In this document: in pieces, positions 10,001-19,069 of the stretch
Layout: each line of letters starts with the position of its first letter
Position numbering within the stretch: the first letter of the stretch is position 1
NCBI GenBank assembly: GCA_016931325.1
Contig: JAFGFC010000090.1
Coordinates: 1 to 59,495 of the forward strand
Direction: 5' to 3'
From: Spirochaetota bacterium
GTDB taxonomy: Bacteria > Spirochaetota > JAHITG01 > JAFGFC01
Length of the DNA stretch: 59,495 nucleotides
Program-made: the position numbers and the translations under genes
Notes under the pieces: model-generated
What the model was told of the DNA's origin: nothing
Databases searched by the model: none
Seen by the model: only the letters and a program-made list of their open reading frames with translations

Positions 10001-12024
10001 AGAATTACGCTTATAATGCTCTGGACCCTGCCCTTTATACTACTTCGGATAACCTCTGGTATGGAAATGGTAATGCGCCTTCATGGGCCAGTGGCCAGAT
10101 CAATTCTGATCCTCAACTCGAAGATATCAACAATTATAATTTTCACCTTGCTTCTGACAGCCCTTGCAGGGACAGCGGTTATGATACCACATCCATGGTA
10201 CCCAGGGATAAAGATGGCGTGACAAGGCCGCAAAATACCCTGGTGGATATAGGCGCGTATGAATACGCAGGATCATCTACACCGGTTTTAACGGCTCCTA
10301 ACCTGATCTCCCCTCTTCATGATATATGGACCAATCATAATACTCCGGTGTTTGACTGGAGTGATGTAACCGGCGCCGAACAATATAATATTCAGATAGC
10401 CAGTGATCCCGGGTTTACTGCATTACAGATAAATGCGACAAATACTGTCTCTGATTTTATACCTTCTGTTCCTCTCAATGACGGCACAAACTACTGGAAG
10501 GTAAGAGCCTACAGTACAAGCGTTGGATTCGGTCCTTTCAGCAGCACAAGGATCATAAAGATCAACACAACCGTCCCCTCTCCTCCCGCAACTCCAGGTT
10601 GGATCAATGCTCAGGCTATTTCAGATTGTCAGATAGATCTGATATGGCAAAATATTGATAACGAGACAGCTTTTACATTATTCAGGAATGCAGTTAATCA
10701 AAGCAACACGGCTAATCGTGTAACAGGTACAAGTGTTAATATAACAAATTACAGTGATACAGGCCTGACTCCTCTGACAAAATATTATTACTGGATCAAA
10801 GCCTACAATTCCGCGGGTCATTCCGGATTTTCCAGTGTGGCGTCAAACACGACTCTGGTTCCTTCCCTTACAGTTACTGTATTCAGTGATGATTTCAGCA
10901 CAGATAAGAACTGGACGGGTTATGGTTCACCGGCTCAGTGGGAACGAGGTCCAGCAACCAGCGGTGGCGGTGAATATGGAAACGAAGATCCGAGTTTAGA
11001 CCATACATTATCAGCTGATAACTATGTAGCCGGGAATCATATAGGTGGTGATTATGATAACAATATAGCTGATACATACTGGCTGACATCACCCGTCATA
11101 GATTGCTCGTATCATGATAATGTTCAATTATCCTTCTATCGATACTTGAATGTTGAGCAGTCTGCGTATGATCATGTGTATCTTTCTGTATTCAATGGCT
11201 CAATCTGGGTCGTTATATGGAGTAATACCGGAAATATCACGGACTCCGACTGGGTATATCAGAGCTTTGATATTTCCGCTTATGCAGACAATAATTCTCT
11301 TTTCCAGGTACGGTTCGGTATGGGGACAACCGATGTTGGCTGGAGATACAGCGGTTGGAACCTTGATGATATTGTTATTTCAGGCAATACATCTTCATCA
11401 ACACTGGGGGCACCTGTCCTTTTAACGCCGGCTGATGATATCTGGACAAATTCGGGTATTATTGTATTTGACTGGTCAGATGTGATGCTGGCTGAAAAAT
11501 ATAATATCCAGATATCTGATGATAATAGTTTTGCCACTCTGCTTTTAAATGTGACCAATCTCGATTCAAACTACACTGTTAGTAATTCTCATGGAGGGAC
11601 CAACTACTGGAGGGTCAGAGCTTTTAAAGAGAGCACCGGATTTGGTCCATTCAGTGAAGTAAGGAATCTTAAAATTCGAAAAGGATCGGATACGATCCTG
11701 TCAAATCAGGATATCTCAATTCTTCCTGAGGGAGTTTCAAAATCATACCCTAATCCCGTATCAAGAATTCAGATCATGACCTTTGAATACGGCTATAACG
11801 TGAATAAGATAAGGGATAAGATCGATCTTACAATTTACAATCTATCAGGCCATATCGTTTTTTCTGAAACCTATTCGCCGGGCGAAGCAAAAATAACCTG
11901 GGATTTGAAAACCGAAAGAAATTACAAAGCCGCCTGCGGTTTATACCTTTACAGAATCACAGTAATATACACTGACGGCTCAAAGATCACAACCGACTAT
12001 AATAAATTTGTCATTATTAAGTAA
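7003..12024 (+). CDS. Large exported multidomain protein: propeller-like N-domain, three Ig/FN3-like repeats, IPT/TIG, right-handed beta-helix, FN3, jelly-roll domain, T9SS-like C-terminal sorting domain
   Basis: Signal peptide; three P.L.(S/T)P..WSD..Y.IQ..YW(R/K)V.A repeats; FVTIFGKNFG; YFVATNGNDGGDGSFPNPW beta-helix cap; DGVTRPQ..DIGAYEY; C-terminal YPNPV..IYNLSGHIV..WDLK..GLYLYRI..FVIIK. Confidence 0.75.
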   Translation: MKGKAVLIFIFFFCFSTVSFAFDYITNKNFIAYTPIPQPAKEVAVTDPDFNTTFYRVSDANLDGVGDRMAMVVYSRWSPLSSGQDYLYLQRAVGNPDALIYSAQDHSLIKILPEYITIDGVPNQFFISMESAEIRWDYTGDHPHRFYYVSGMKFYQYDVLSDTAHLIHDFSNEFPTAVKIHNDVEGDSSSDSRYWVWMVKGPYNGSHFPLLAIITYDKETDQILGVMDLAKYQANGGHYSSLPTPNMVDISPSGRKVVCLWGRCWGDAAYGERYLDIGTVFDGPHAWDLDFTGPVKVSIDETHSGWAWGYDGSELFVSQNNRQDWIEARNIDTGEIIQILQHGDLGWGNGFHFARMPQSKPGWVLMSTYKSGANSDWGDNQLLMLEIKPAAENPKVWRLGHTHNNYDEYYAEGFAAMSQYGDKLWWGAKWPGQNNIEAYEMVLPPTWWEDLSGGLVPALYSPVDITINTNRPSFYWSDESDRGATKYWIQLSESSDFSSVIINNTNIVVTNFSASIILSDNTYYWRVQAMASNTWRGWSAIRQFNINTGSIPPDSAPVIFYSDLENGPSTGGEDNKGAFVTIFGKNFGPSRGSSYITVGGGQVDNYRVWTDTKVSFQLGNAASSGDIIIFTSQGNSNPVPFTIRSCDIYFVATNGNDGGDGSFPNPWRHLSHARSVMSGGDILYIKGGTWTTAGENSSGKLFYVSGSYPWGGNGSDGNPHCLVGYPGEEIILQANSDGESIINYVGSDDQCAINSHIVFANFTVDCNQYESGIGWRGRRNDASPTYRVRDIRFVNIEVKDYLNTGHMGGTALIEFGADGPLDDVKVLGCKVHDMDSSSRLDHGIYVAAGGNNYEIAWNTVHNIKRVVSAGGDGNAGFGIQTYRGSSSHYADLNNLKLHDNLVYECPSRGGINLSDYTKDSQIYNNIVYNCGYDGNEEGYGLRISVDAGAPGTGTHYIYNNTFYNCGEANSANDSSIIGFFTGDAQHVYLRNNIFHAVANQNYAYNALDPALYTTSDNLWYGNGNAPSWASGQINSDPQLEDINNYNFHLASDSPCRDSGYDTTSMVPRDKDGVTRPQNTLVDIGAYEYAGSSTPVLTAPNLISPLHDIWTNHNTPVFDWSDVTGAEQYNIQIASDPGFTALQINATNTVSDFIPSVPLNDGTNYWKVRAYSTSVGFGPFSSTRIIKINTTVPSPPATPGWINAQAISDCQIDLIWQNIDNETAFTLFRNAVNQSNTANRVTGTSVNITNYSDTGLTPLTKYYYWIKAYNSAGHSGFSSVASNTTLVPSLTVTVFSDDFSTDKNWTGYGSPAQWERGPATSGGGEYGNEDPSLDHTLSADNYVAGNHIGGDYDNNIADTYWLTSPVIDCSYHDNVQLSFYRYLNVEQSAYDHVYLSVFNGSIWVVIWSNTGNITDSDWVYQSFDISAYADNNSLFQVRFGMGTTDVGWRYSGWNLDDIVISGNTSSSTLGAPVLLTPADDIWTNSGIIVFDWSDVMLAEKYNIQISDDNSFATLLLNVTNLDSNYTVSNSHGGTNYWRVRAFKESTGFGPFSEVRNLKIRKGSDTILSNQDISILPEGVSKSYPNPVSRIQIMTFEYGYNVNKIRDKIDLTIYNLSGHIVFSETYSPGEAKITWDLKTERNYKAACGLYLYRITVIYTDGSKITTDYNKFVIIK

Positions 12025-12037
12025 GGAGGTTTTTGAT

Positions 12038-12988
12038 ATGAAAATCATCATAATCATAATTCAAATTCTTCTACTCGGCTTGAATCTGTTTGCAACCGGT
12101 GAAACCAGCGGAAGTATCTTTGCCATCAATCCCATGCCGGTGTCCGCTGGATTCAATCTTCTCAGTTATGCTCAGGCCACACCTCTGGAAAGCGTAGTCT
12201 ATAACCCTGCCTATACGGTCTCCAAAGATCATCATCTGGGTCTGTCATATGAAAAAATGCCGCTTGATATGCATTACGGTTCTTTTGTTTATATTGCGCC
12301 ATCCACTTTTGGTGAATCGACGGGTATGGGGATATTGTTAAAATATTATAACAGCGGCCGTATTATAAAGATGAATGAAAGTGGCGAGGAAATGGGCGAT
12401 TTCAATGTTAATGATCTGATGGGATCTCTTTCAATGGGTTTCCACATGAGTAAAAGTTTACAGGTCGGTATCCGTATGAACATTATCCATGAAACACTGG
12501 ATTATCAAAAAGAGACCGCTTACAACATGGATATCGGTGCCGGCTGGGATATGTCTCTTTTCAATGCTCAAAAAATGCAGGCCGGTATCGTTCTTCTAAA
12601 CATCGGTACCAGGATGTGGGATGAGAGGCAATCTCTGGGGCTGGCCGGTGGTATTGTGCTGAATTATCCCTTTGGGATCTCGGTTCTGGAATACGGTATA
12701 GCCACCATATTTCGCTCAGGAATGGATTATGAAGTCGGTCCTTCGATCAGATACTCTTTGAAGATCAGGACCTCCTTTAACAAGTTCTATTTATTCAAGA
12801 TCGGAGGAGGTTATTCTTATGGCCGCAGCATAGATAAGAATGGTTTCTTAACCGGATTAAAAACAGGGGCTTTCTTAGAAACGCCCTGGAACATTGCCCT
12901 GGGATATGAAATGGTCTTTTATCCCTGGGGAAATAGCAATAAATTTTATCTGGGCTATCGAAGTGGATTTAAAGATCTTGTCAATTAA
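12038..12988 (+). CDS. PorV/PorQ-family (UPF0164/FadL-like) outer-membrane barrel
   Basis: AAGGAGG SD before ATG 12038; signal peptide; GSIFAINPMPVSAG..SVVYNPA N-terminus, YYNSG.I, GIRMNIIHETL, MDIG, LLNIG, alternating C-terminal strands. Confidence 0.7.
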   Translation: MKIIIIIIQILLLGLNLFATGETSGSIFAINPMPVSAGFNLLSYAQATPLESVVYNPAYTVSKDHHLGLSYEKMPLDMHYGSFVYIAPSTFGESTGMGILLKYYNSGRIIKMNESGEEMGDFNVNDLMGSLSMGFHMSKSLQVGIRMNIIHETLDYQKETAYNMDIGAGWDMSLFNAQKMQAGIVLLNIGTRMWDERQSLGLAGGIVLNYPFGISVLEYGIATIFRSGMDYEVGPSIRYSLKIRTSFNKFYLFKIGGGYSYGRSIDKNGFLTGLKTGAFLETPWNIALGYEMVFYPWGNSNKFYLGYRSGFKDLVN

Positions 12989-13001
12989 AAAGGAAAAGAA
13001 A

Positions 13002-14852
13002 ATGAAAAAAGGACTATTATTTTCTGCTACTCTCCTGTTTATATTATTACAGTCCCATGCTCAGACTGCAACTTTTTATGTTGATGGCTCAAGGCCTGAT
13101 GACACGGGTGATGGTACTTCTTGGGCTATGGCGAAACGATATATTCAATCAGGCGTGGCATTATTGTCCGGTGGAGATACCCTTATCATACGGGATGGGC
13201 TTTATACTGGACCGAACAATATGTTAAGTACAGGTCAAAGTGGGAGTGTTGATCTGCCCTCAGGAAATAATATAGTCGGTTATACGATCATCAGAGGCGA
13301 GAATTATCTGGGTGTTATTATCGACGGTCAGCAGATATGGCCGCCTCTTTACATCGACAATGAAGCATATATCCATTTTGAAAATCTGCATCTGAGATAC
13401 AGTGGCAGTAATTTTGCTGCCAATTTCTTTGCCGCGAACTGTCATCATATTAAAGTCATCCGGTGCGCTTCAGAAGAATCCTGGAATCAGCATTTCAGGT
13501 TCAGATATTCTCATCACTGCTTGTTTGAAGAATGCATCACATGGGGAAGCGGATCCTATTCATTTATCTTTGGCGGATCATTCGGGGATTATACGACATC
13601 ACAATATAATGTGGCCAGAAGATGCGTATCGAGAAGGGACGGACATACCGGCCGGCCGGGAGGGAATCAATACGGATCGTTCGTCACTTACTGGGCTGAC
13701 CATACCTATTATCAGAATTGTATCTCTGTGGATGGGATCAACATCGAAGTGGGAGATCCGAATTATCCCATGGGGTCAAGCGCTGTTTTTTATACAGCTA
13801 ACGGCAGCTCTCACTATTATGCTTACGGATGTATTACCCTAAATGACGAAGGAATGATCGCTCTGTTCGAAAGCAGCGCCTCACCCGTCAGATTAAGAAA
13901 CAATGCTGCCTGGATGGCATCGAGCAGTCGAGGAATTTATTTCAGGGGAGGGAACGATGTTGTTTTTGAAAATAATCTTTTCGGACATCTATCTGAATAT
14001 GGCATACGGGAGATGCCTGATGGGACACTGCTTCAAAATGCCAGGAATAATATTATTTACGGGGTGAGCGGTCAGGCTTTTTCCAGCATCCAGGGAAGCC
14101 ATTCTTATAATGTATTATACAATAATACGATCAATTATTCAGAAACCACTCCGGGCACTGGTGAAGTCACCAATATCAACCCCTTATCCAACGGACTCTT
14201 ATATCTTCCCAGGATCGAGCAGGGCTCTGCTCTGGAAGCAATTGGTGAAGGTGGCTCATGCTGCGGCCCCATGATATTGAAAAAAATAGGTGTCTCAGGG
14301 ACATTGTATGGAGAAGAAGGTTGGGACACAGTAACGGATGATGATCTCTGGCCATGGGAGAATGAAGACATTATAAGAGAAAAAATGAGATCATACATTC
14401 AACATGGCGTTGATGGGACAAGAGGATACTGTGTTGACGGACAGACTTTAACCCGATATATATGGGAGTTTCTGGGGAATCCCCTGCCGGCACAGTTCTC
14501 CATTTCCAACAATCCTTCAACGGTCAATTCCAATCAAACAAGCAATCTCGCTTTTATTCCATTTGCAATAAAAGTATATCCTAACCCTGTCTCAAGGAAG
14601 AAAATATTAACTGTACAATATTCTTATGATCCCTGTAAGGCCATCAGAGATATAAAACTGTCGATCTATACTATACAGGGCCATACAGTTCTTGAAAAAT
14701 CGTTCAGAGATCAACCTATAATCCATTGGGACTTTAAAACTGCTTTCAACAAATTAGTAGCTCCCGGATTATATCTTTTTAAAATATCACTCGAATATTC
14801 TGATGGATTGGAACAAAGTACTGATTTTAATAAAGTTGTAATACTCGAATAA
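13002..14852 (+). CDS. Exported right-handed beta-helix (pectin-lyase-fold) protein with T9SS-like C-terminal domain
   Basis: Signal peptide from ATG 13002; FYVDGSRPDDTGDGTSWAMAK..GGDTLIIRDGLY cap; C-terminal VYPNPV..IYTIQGHTV..WDFK..PGLYLFKI..KVVILE. Confidence 0.75.
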   Translation: MKKGLLFSATLLFILLQSHAQTATFYVDGSRPDDTGDGTSWAMAKRYIQSGVALLSGGDTLIIRDGLYTGPNNMLSTGQSGSVDLPSGNNIVGYTIIRGENYLGVIIDGQQIWPPLYIDNEAYIHFENLHLRYSGSNFAANFFAANCHHIKVIRCASEESWNQHFRFRYSHHCLFEECITWGSGSYSFIFGGSFGDYTTSQYNVARRCVSRRDGHTGRPGGNQYGSFVTYWADHTYYQNCISVDGINIEVGDPNYPMGSSAVFYTANGSSHYYAYGCITLNDEGMIALFESSASPVRLRNNAAWMASSSRGIYFRGGNDVVFENNLFGHLSEYGIREMPDGTLLQNARNNIIYGVSGQAFSSIQGSHSYNVLYNNTINYSETTPGTGEVTNINPLSNGLLYLPRIEQGSALEAIGEGGSCCGPMILKKIGVSGTLYGEEGWDTVTDDDLWPWENEDIIREKMRSYIQHGVDGTRGYCVDGQTLTRYIWEFLGNPLPAQFSISNNPSTVNSNQTSNLAFIPFAIKVYPNPVSRKKILTVQYSYDPCKAIRDIKLSIYTIQGHTVLEKSFRDQPIIHWDFKTAFNKLVAPGLYLFKISLEYSDGLEQSTDFNKVVILE

Positions 14853-14920
14853 AATTCTTATATGTAAAAATACTTGATTACTATTTGAATTTTTATTATT
14901 ATTGGTCGTAAGCAACCATT

Positions 14921-17900
14921 ATGCTGGATTTAAAAAAATTAAAATATATTTTATTTTCATTACTTTTTCTCACGAACTTTTTAAATGCTCAAACTCTTGT
15001 CTTTTATGTGGATGATGATATTGGCAATGACGGTTTTCCCGGCAGTTATACTCTGCCTTTCCTCACCATTGAAAAAGCCGCCAATGCCATGGCTACCAAT
15101 GTGACATTCGCCTCCTGTTATATCTATCCGGGAACGTATAACGAGCAGGTTTGTATCTTTTCCAACAGGAACTCCGGGTACATGGTCTTTACGGCGCTGT
15201 CAAACAAACAGCCGGTTCTCACCGGATCCTCTACCACCAATCATGGTTTTTATATTACAAACACCAGCCGGATCATCATAGAGAGCCTGACCATTACAAA
15301 ATTCAGCCAGGGTGTCTTCATTAACGTTTCAACCAATAATTATATTAAACAGAATATAATTTTTTCCAACAGGGGACACGGTATCTATGTTCTGGGCGGA
15401 GTTAAAAATCATATGCAATACAACAAGATCAGGCATAATGATTTTATGGGCATGAGAATATCATGGAACAGCCTGAGCAATTATATTACACATAACTCTC
15501 TGCTTTCCAATGGGGATTCCGGTATAGAACTGTATGGAGATTCTTCACGGGGATCCCATGTTCTGACCAACCATATCTATGATCAAGCCAGAGGTATACG
15601 TTTTATTGACAGTGATTTTAATATCATCCGATCCAATTATATTCATCATGTCGTTCTGGATGGTATATCCATGGACGGGAGCGCTGAATATAATGATATC
15701 AATAATAATATATTGTATTCCAATGAAGACTCGGGTGTCGGTATTTATCATGATAATGTGGAACACAATTATATCTCAAATAATACTATCTGGGGTGTAA
15801 GTGACGGCGGGGGTATTCTCCTGCAGGATGGTGATAACAATATCATCAAATCCAATCTGATATTTCATAATACCAATGGAATTGTACTGTACGGCGGGGC
15901 CAGATCCAATATATGCATGAACAATGTCATCTATGAGAATAGAGATGACGGCATCCGGCTGAGTGTTGATGACACAGAGAATAATTCGATTATTAACAAT
16001 ACCATCTGTGGTCCTTTGCAGAAAATGGGTATCAATATCAGTTCGGGTGATAATAATATCATAAAATATAACACTATTTTTAATCATATCAATGTGGGAA
16101 TTTATATCCAGGGTTCGGCCAGCAATAATTATATCATGAAAAATTCCTGCTATTCTAATAATACAAGCGGGATCCATGCTGCCGGATCGGCGGAAAAAAA
16201 TTATATCCTGACCAATTATATCTGGGGGACCAATCAAAACACAGGTATTTATTTTTATAATTCTTATTATAACCTTATAATTTCTAATCATGTTTATCAT
16301 AATAAAGACACAGGTATTAATGTTTCAGGTTCTTCATCCAACAATTATTTTATAAACAATTTTATTTCTTCCAATAACTATGAAGGTATTGGTTTTGTTG
16401 AAAATTCTAAAAATAATTATGTTTTGAGCAATAGAATCGGCGGTAAGAATCAGGATTATGGAATTTATTTGTATTCCGGCAATGGTCAAAAGGTATATCG
16501 GAATTTAATCTACAATATTGAAAATTACTGTATTCGTATAAGAGAATGTACTAATATAAAAATTATAAATAATACTATTTTTCACAGCCTGAATAATCAC
16601 GGCGTATCCTGGGAGAACACATCCAGCGGCACCATGTTTAATAATATTATTTTATCAAATGGTAATGGTGATGACTATGGCCTTTCCCGGACATCAACGG
16701 GAGTGGTCCATGTGGCTTTTAATAATTTTTTTGGAAACAATAACGGTCCAACCAATGGCGGTTTCATCTGGGGCAGCGGGAATATCTTCTCTGATCCTCT
16801 GCTTGATATAAATACATTAATTATTGCTTTGTCCAACAGTCCCGCTGTGGATAGTGCAACTAATATACCCGGTGTCTCGGATTTCATCAAAGGTCTGGGA
16901 CCGGATATGGGCTGGAAAGAATCTCCTTTTACAGGGCCCTATGGTGGCCCTTATTATGTGGATAATGATATAGGATCCAACACTTATCCTGGAACATTCA
17001 GCCAGCCCTTCAGGACAATACAAAAAGCGGCTGAAAAAATGAGCATGGGTGTTACCATTTCCAGTTGTTATATTTATCCAGGAATTTATTCGAATCAGGT
17101 TAGTATATCCTCCAATAAGAACTCTGGATTTATGGTCTTTGCTTCGATAAGCAACAGTAATTATGCTGTTATGAAAGGTGTTTCACAAAATTATGGCTTT
17201 TATATTACCAATGCCAGCAGAATCATTATCCAGGATCTTTATATAGCAAAATACTCTAATGGTATTGCCTTGGCCGGCTCATCCACCAATAATTTTATTA
17301 TAAAAAATACGATATTTTCAAATTCATTATATGGAGTCTATATAAAATCGGATTCTGCAGATAAAAATTATATCCTTACAAATGATATTCAAAATAATCA
17401 ATCTGGTGTTTATTTACGAGATGGTGATAATAATATAATCCAGATAAATAATATTTATGATAACTCGAATGGTATTTACCTATTCGGAACCGCTATGAAT
17501 AATCTGATCCTGTTAAATAACATATATACTAATGCTCTAGCTGGCATCAACATTAACAGTGATGATGCTGATTTTAATTATTTATACGGTAACCGTATTA
17601 TAAACAATTCAGGTGGTATTCTTTTTTCTGATGGAGACTTCAATGTGATAAGATCCAATACGTTTTCAAGCAACAGGTACAATGGTATTCATTTCTTGGG
17701 TACTGTGGAAAATAATGGCATCATGAAAAATGAGTTTTACAAAAATAATCAAAATAGTATATGGGTGGATTCTTTTGCCGCTGTAAATAATCAATTTGAG
17801 ACCAATCATTTCTCGTATAATAACTTTGGCCTTAGAATATCAGACGGAAAAAGAAATATTGCTCGATCGAATTATATCCATAATAACAATTATTACGGTA

Positions 17901-19069
17901 TCCGTGTTACAGGATTGGCAACTACAAATTTTATCACAAAAAATATGATCTGGTCCAATGACTTTCAGGGTATTTTAATGAACGGGGCCGAGGCTGATAA
18001 TAATTATATATCCAGCAATATTATAGGTGGTATAAATCAAAATAATGGAATCGTTATAGAAGATGCGACCCATTGCAAGATCTACAGAAATCTAATCGCA
18101 AGCCAGAATAGCAATGGCATCGTTTTAAGTCAAACAGCCAGCAATATAAGGATAATCAATAATACGATCCTGAAATGCATCAACGGCCATGGATTATTAT
18201 GGAATACAACCACTTCAGGGACTATGTTGAACAATATTATTTTATCAAATGGGGATTATGGAATTCTATCATCTTCATCAGGGTCTGTCCACTACGCTTA
18301 TAACTGTATTTCTGGCAATAACAGCGGCCCCACGAATGGCAACCTGATTGATGGCGGCGCTAACCTTTATCAGGATCCTTTGATCGATACCCTGTATTCT
18401 TTTTCCATCATGGCTTCTAACAGCCCGGCCATTGACAGCGGAACCAATGTACCGGGTATTACAGAAGGTTTTCAGGGCACAGCTCCGGATATGGGCTGGA
18501 GAGAAGGGGTTTATGATATTCTGGCCCCGTTTGTTTTTCCTGACAGAGATGGCGGGCAGTATCTGGGGGATCTGAGCGTTGTGTTCCAGGCCTATAAGGA
18601 TGCCTCTAAGATCCTTGCCGACCCTGCAGCCACTATTTATGTGACTGTCTATCGAAATGAAACTCTTGAGCAGGAACGTTCCGGGACAGGGAATTTGACT
18701 CTTGAACTTTTACAGGGATCCGGATACAGGATCAGTTACTATGCCAAAGATCTGAACAACAATACGAGTTCCCTGCAGGAAGTCGAATATATTCTGTTAT
18801 ATTCCAGTCCTGAGGATATCGCTGTATACCCCACCATCGTCCATATGGATCAAGAAATCGATATGGCCTTTATATATGGCGAAAGAAAAGAAAATGTTGA
18901 TATCCATATATATACTCTCAGGGGTGATAAGGTAAAGACGATTACCGGAGTGGATTTTCGATCAGGAGAATATCGATACGACACGGAAGAACTCTCTTCT
19001 CTTCCTTCAGGCCAGTATATCGTAAAAATAGGTGATAAATCAACGTTATTCTTTATATTAAAGAAATGA
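14921..19069 (+). CDS. Exported NosD/PbH1-type parallel beta-helix protein (two tandem modules) with T9SS-like C-terminal domain
   Basis: Signal peptide; many GI.l....NN.I..N.I..N coils; duplicated module start (YVD.DIG....PG....PF.TI.KAA) and end (PDMGW.E); C-terminal VYPT..IYTLRGDKVKTI..LPSGQYIVKI. Confidence 0.78.
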   Translation: MLDLKKLKYILFSLLFLTNFLNAQTLVFYVDDDIGNDGFPGSYTLPFLTIEKAANAMATNVTFASCYIYPGTYNEQVCIFSNRNSGYMVFTALSNKQPVLTGSSTTNHGFYITNTSRIIIESLTITKFSQGVFINVSTNNYIKQNIIFSNRGHGIYVLGGVKNHMQYNKIRHNDFMGMRISWNSLSNYITHNSLLSNGDSGIELYGDSSRGSHVLTNHIYDQARGIRFIDSDFNIIRSNYIHHVVLDGISMDGSAEYNDINNNILYSNEDSGVGIYHDNVEHNYISNNTIWGVSDGGGILLQDGDNNIIKSNLIFHNTNGIVLYGGARSNICMNNVIYENRDDGIRLSVDDTENNSIINNTICGPLQKMGINISSGDNNIIKYNTIFNHINVGIYIQGSASNNYIMKNSCYSNNTSGIHAAGSAEKNYILTNYIWGTNQNTGIYFYNSYYNLIISNHVYHNKDTGINVSGSSSNNYFINNFISSNNYEGIGFVENSKNNYVLSNRIGGKNQDYGIYLYSGNGQKVYRNLIYNIENYCIRIRECTNIKIINNTIFHSLNNHGVSWENTSSGTMFNNIILSNGNGDDYGLSRTSTGVVHVAFNNFFGNNNGPTNGGFIWGSGNIFSDPLLDINTLIIALSNSPAVDSATNIPGVSDFIKGLGPDMGWKESPFTGPYGGPYYVDNDIGSNTYPGTFSQPFRTIQKAAEKMSMGVTISSCYIYPGIYSNQVSISSNKNSGFMVFASISNSNYAVMKGVSQNYGFYITNASRIIIQDLYIAKYSNGIALAGSSTNNFIIKNTIFSNSLYGVYIKSDSADKNYILTNDIQNNQSGVYLRDGDNNIIQINNIYDNSNGIYLFGTAMNNLILLNNIYTNALAGININSDDADFNYLYGNRIINNSGGILFSDGDFNVIRSNTFSSNRYNGIHFLGTVENNGIMKNEFYKNNQNSIWVDSFAAVNNQFETNHFSYNNFGLRISDGKRNIARSNYIHNNNYYGIRVTGLATTNFITKNMIWSNDFQGILMNGAEADNNYISSNIIGGINQNNGIVIEDATHCKIYRNLIASQNSNGIVLSQTASNIRIINNTILKCINGHGLLWNTTTSGTMLNNIILSNGDYGILSSSSGSVHYAYNCISGNNSGPTNGNLIDGGANLYQDPLIDTLYSFSIMASNSPAIDSGTNVPGITEGFQGTAPDMGWREGVYDILAPFVFPDRDGGQYLGDLSVVFQAYKDASKILADPAATIYVTVYRNETLEQERSGTGNLTLELLQGSGYRISYYAKDLNNNTSSLQEVEYILLYSSPEDIAVYPTIVHMDQEIDMAFIYGERKENVDIHIYTLRGDKVKTITGVDFRSGEYRYDTEELSSLPSGQYIVKIGDKSTLFFILKK

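Noticed and set aside
6406-13001. Longer ORF-track starts at 6406, 12008 and 12894
   Set aside because: They overlap upstream genes; downstream ATGs (6538, 12038, 13002) fit the domain start, or have SD sites and clean signal peptides
15545-17023. Antisense and alternate-frame ORFs inside large genes (also throughout the window)
   Set aside because: Shadow ORFs of biased-codon genes with no recognisable motifs
14921-19069. Diversity-generating retroelement TR/VR pair
   Set aside because: The duplicated modules differ at all base types, both are in frame, and no reverse transcriptase is present
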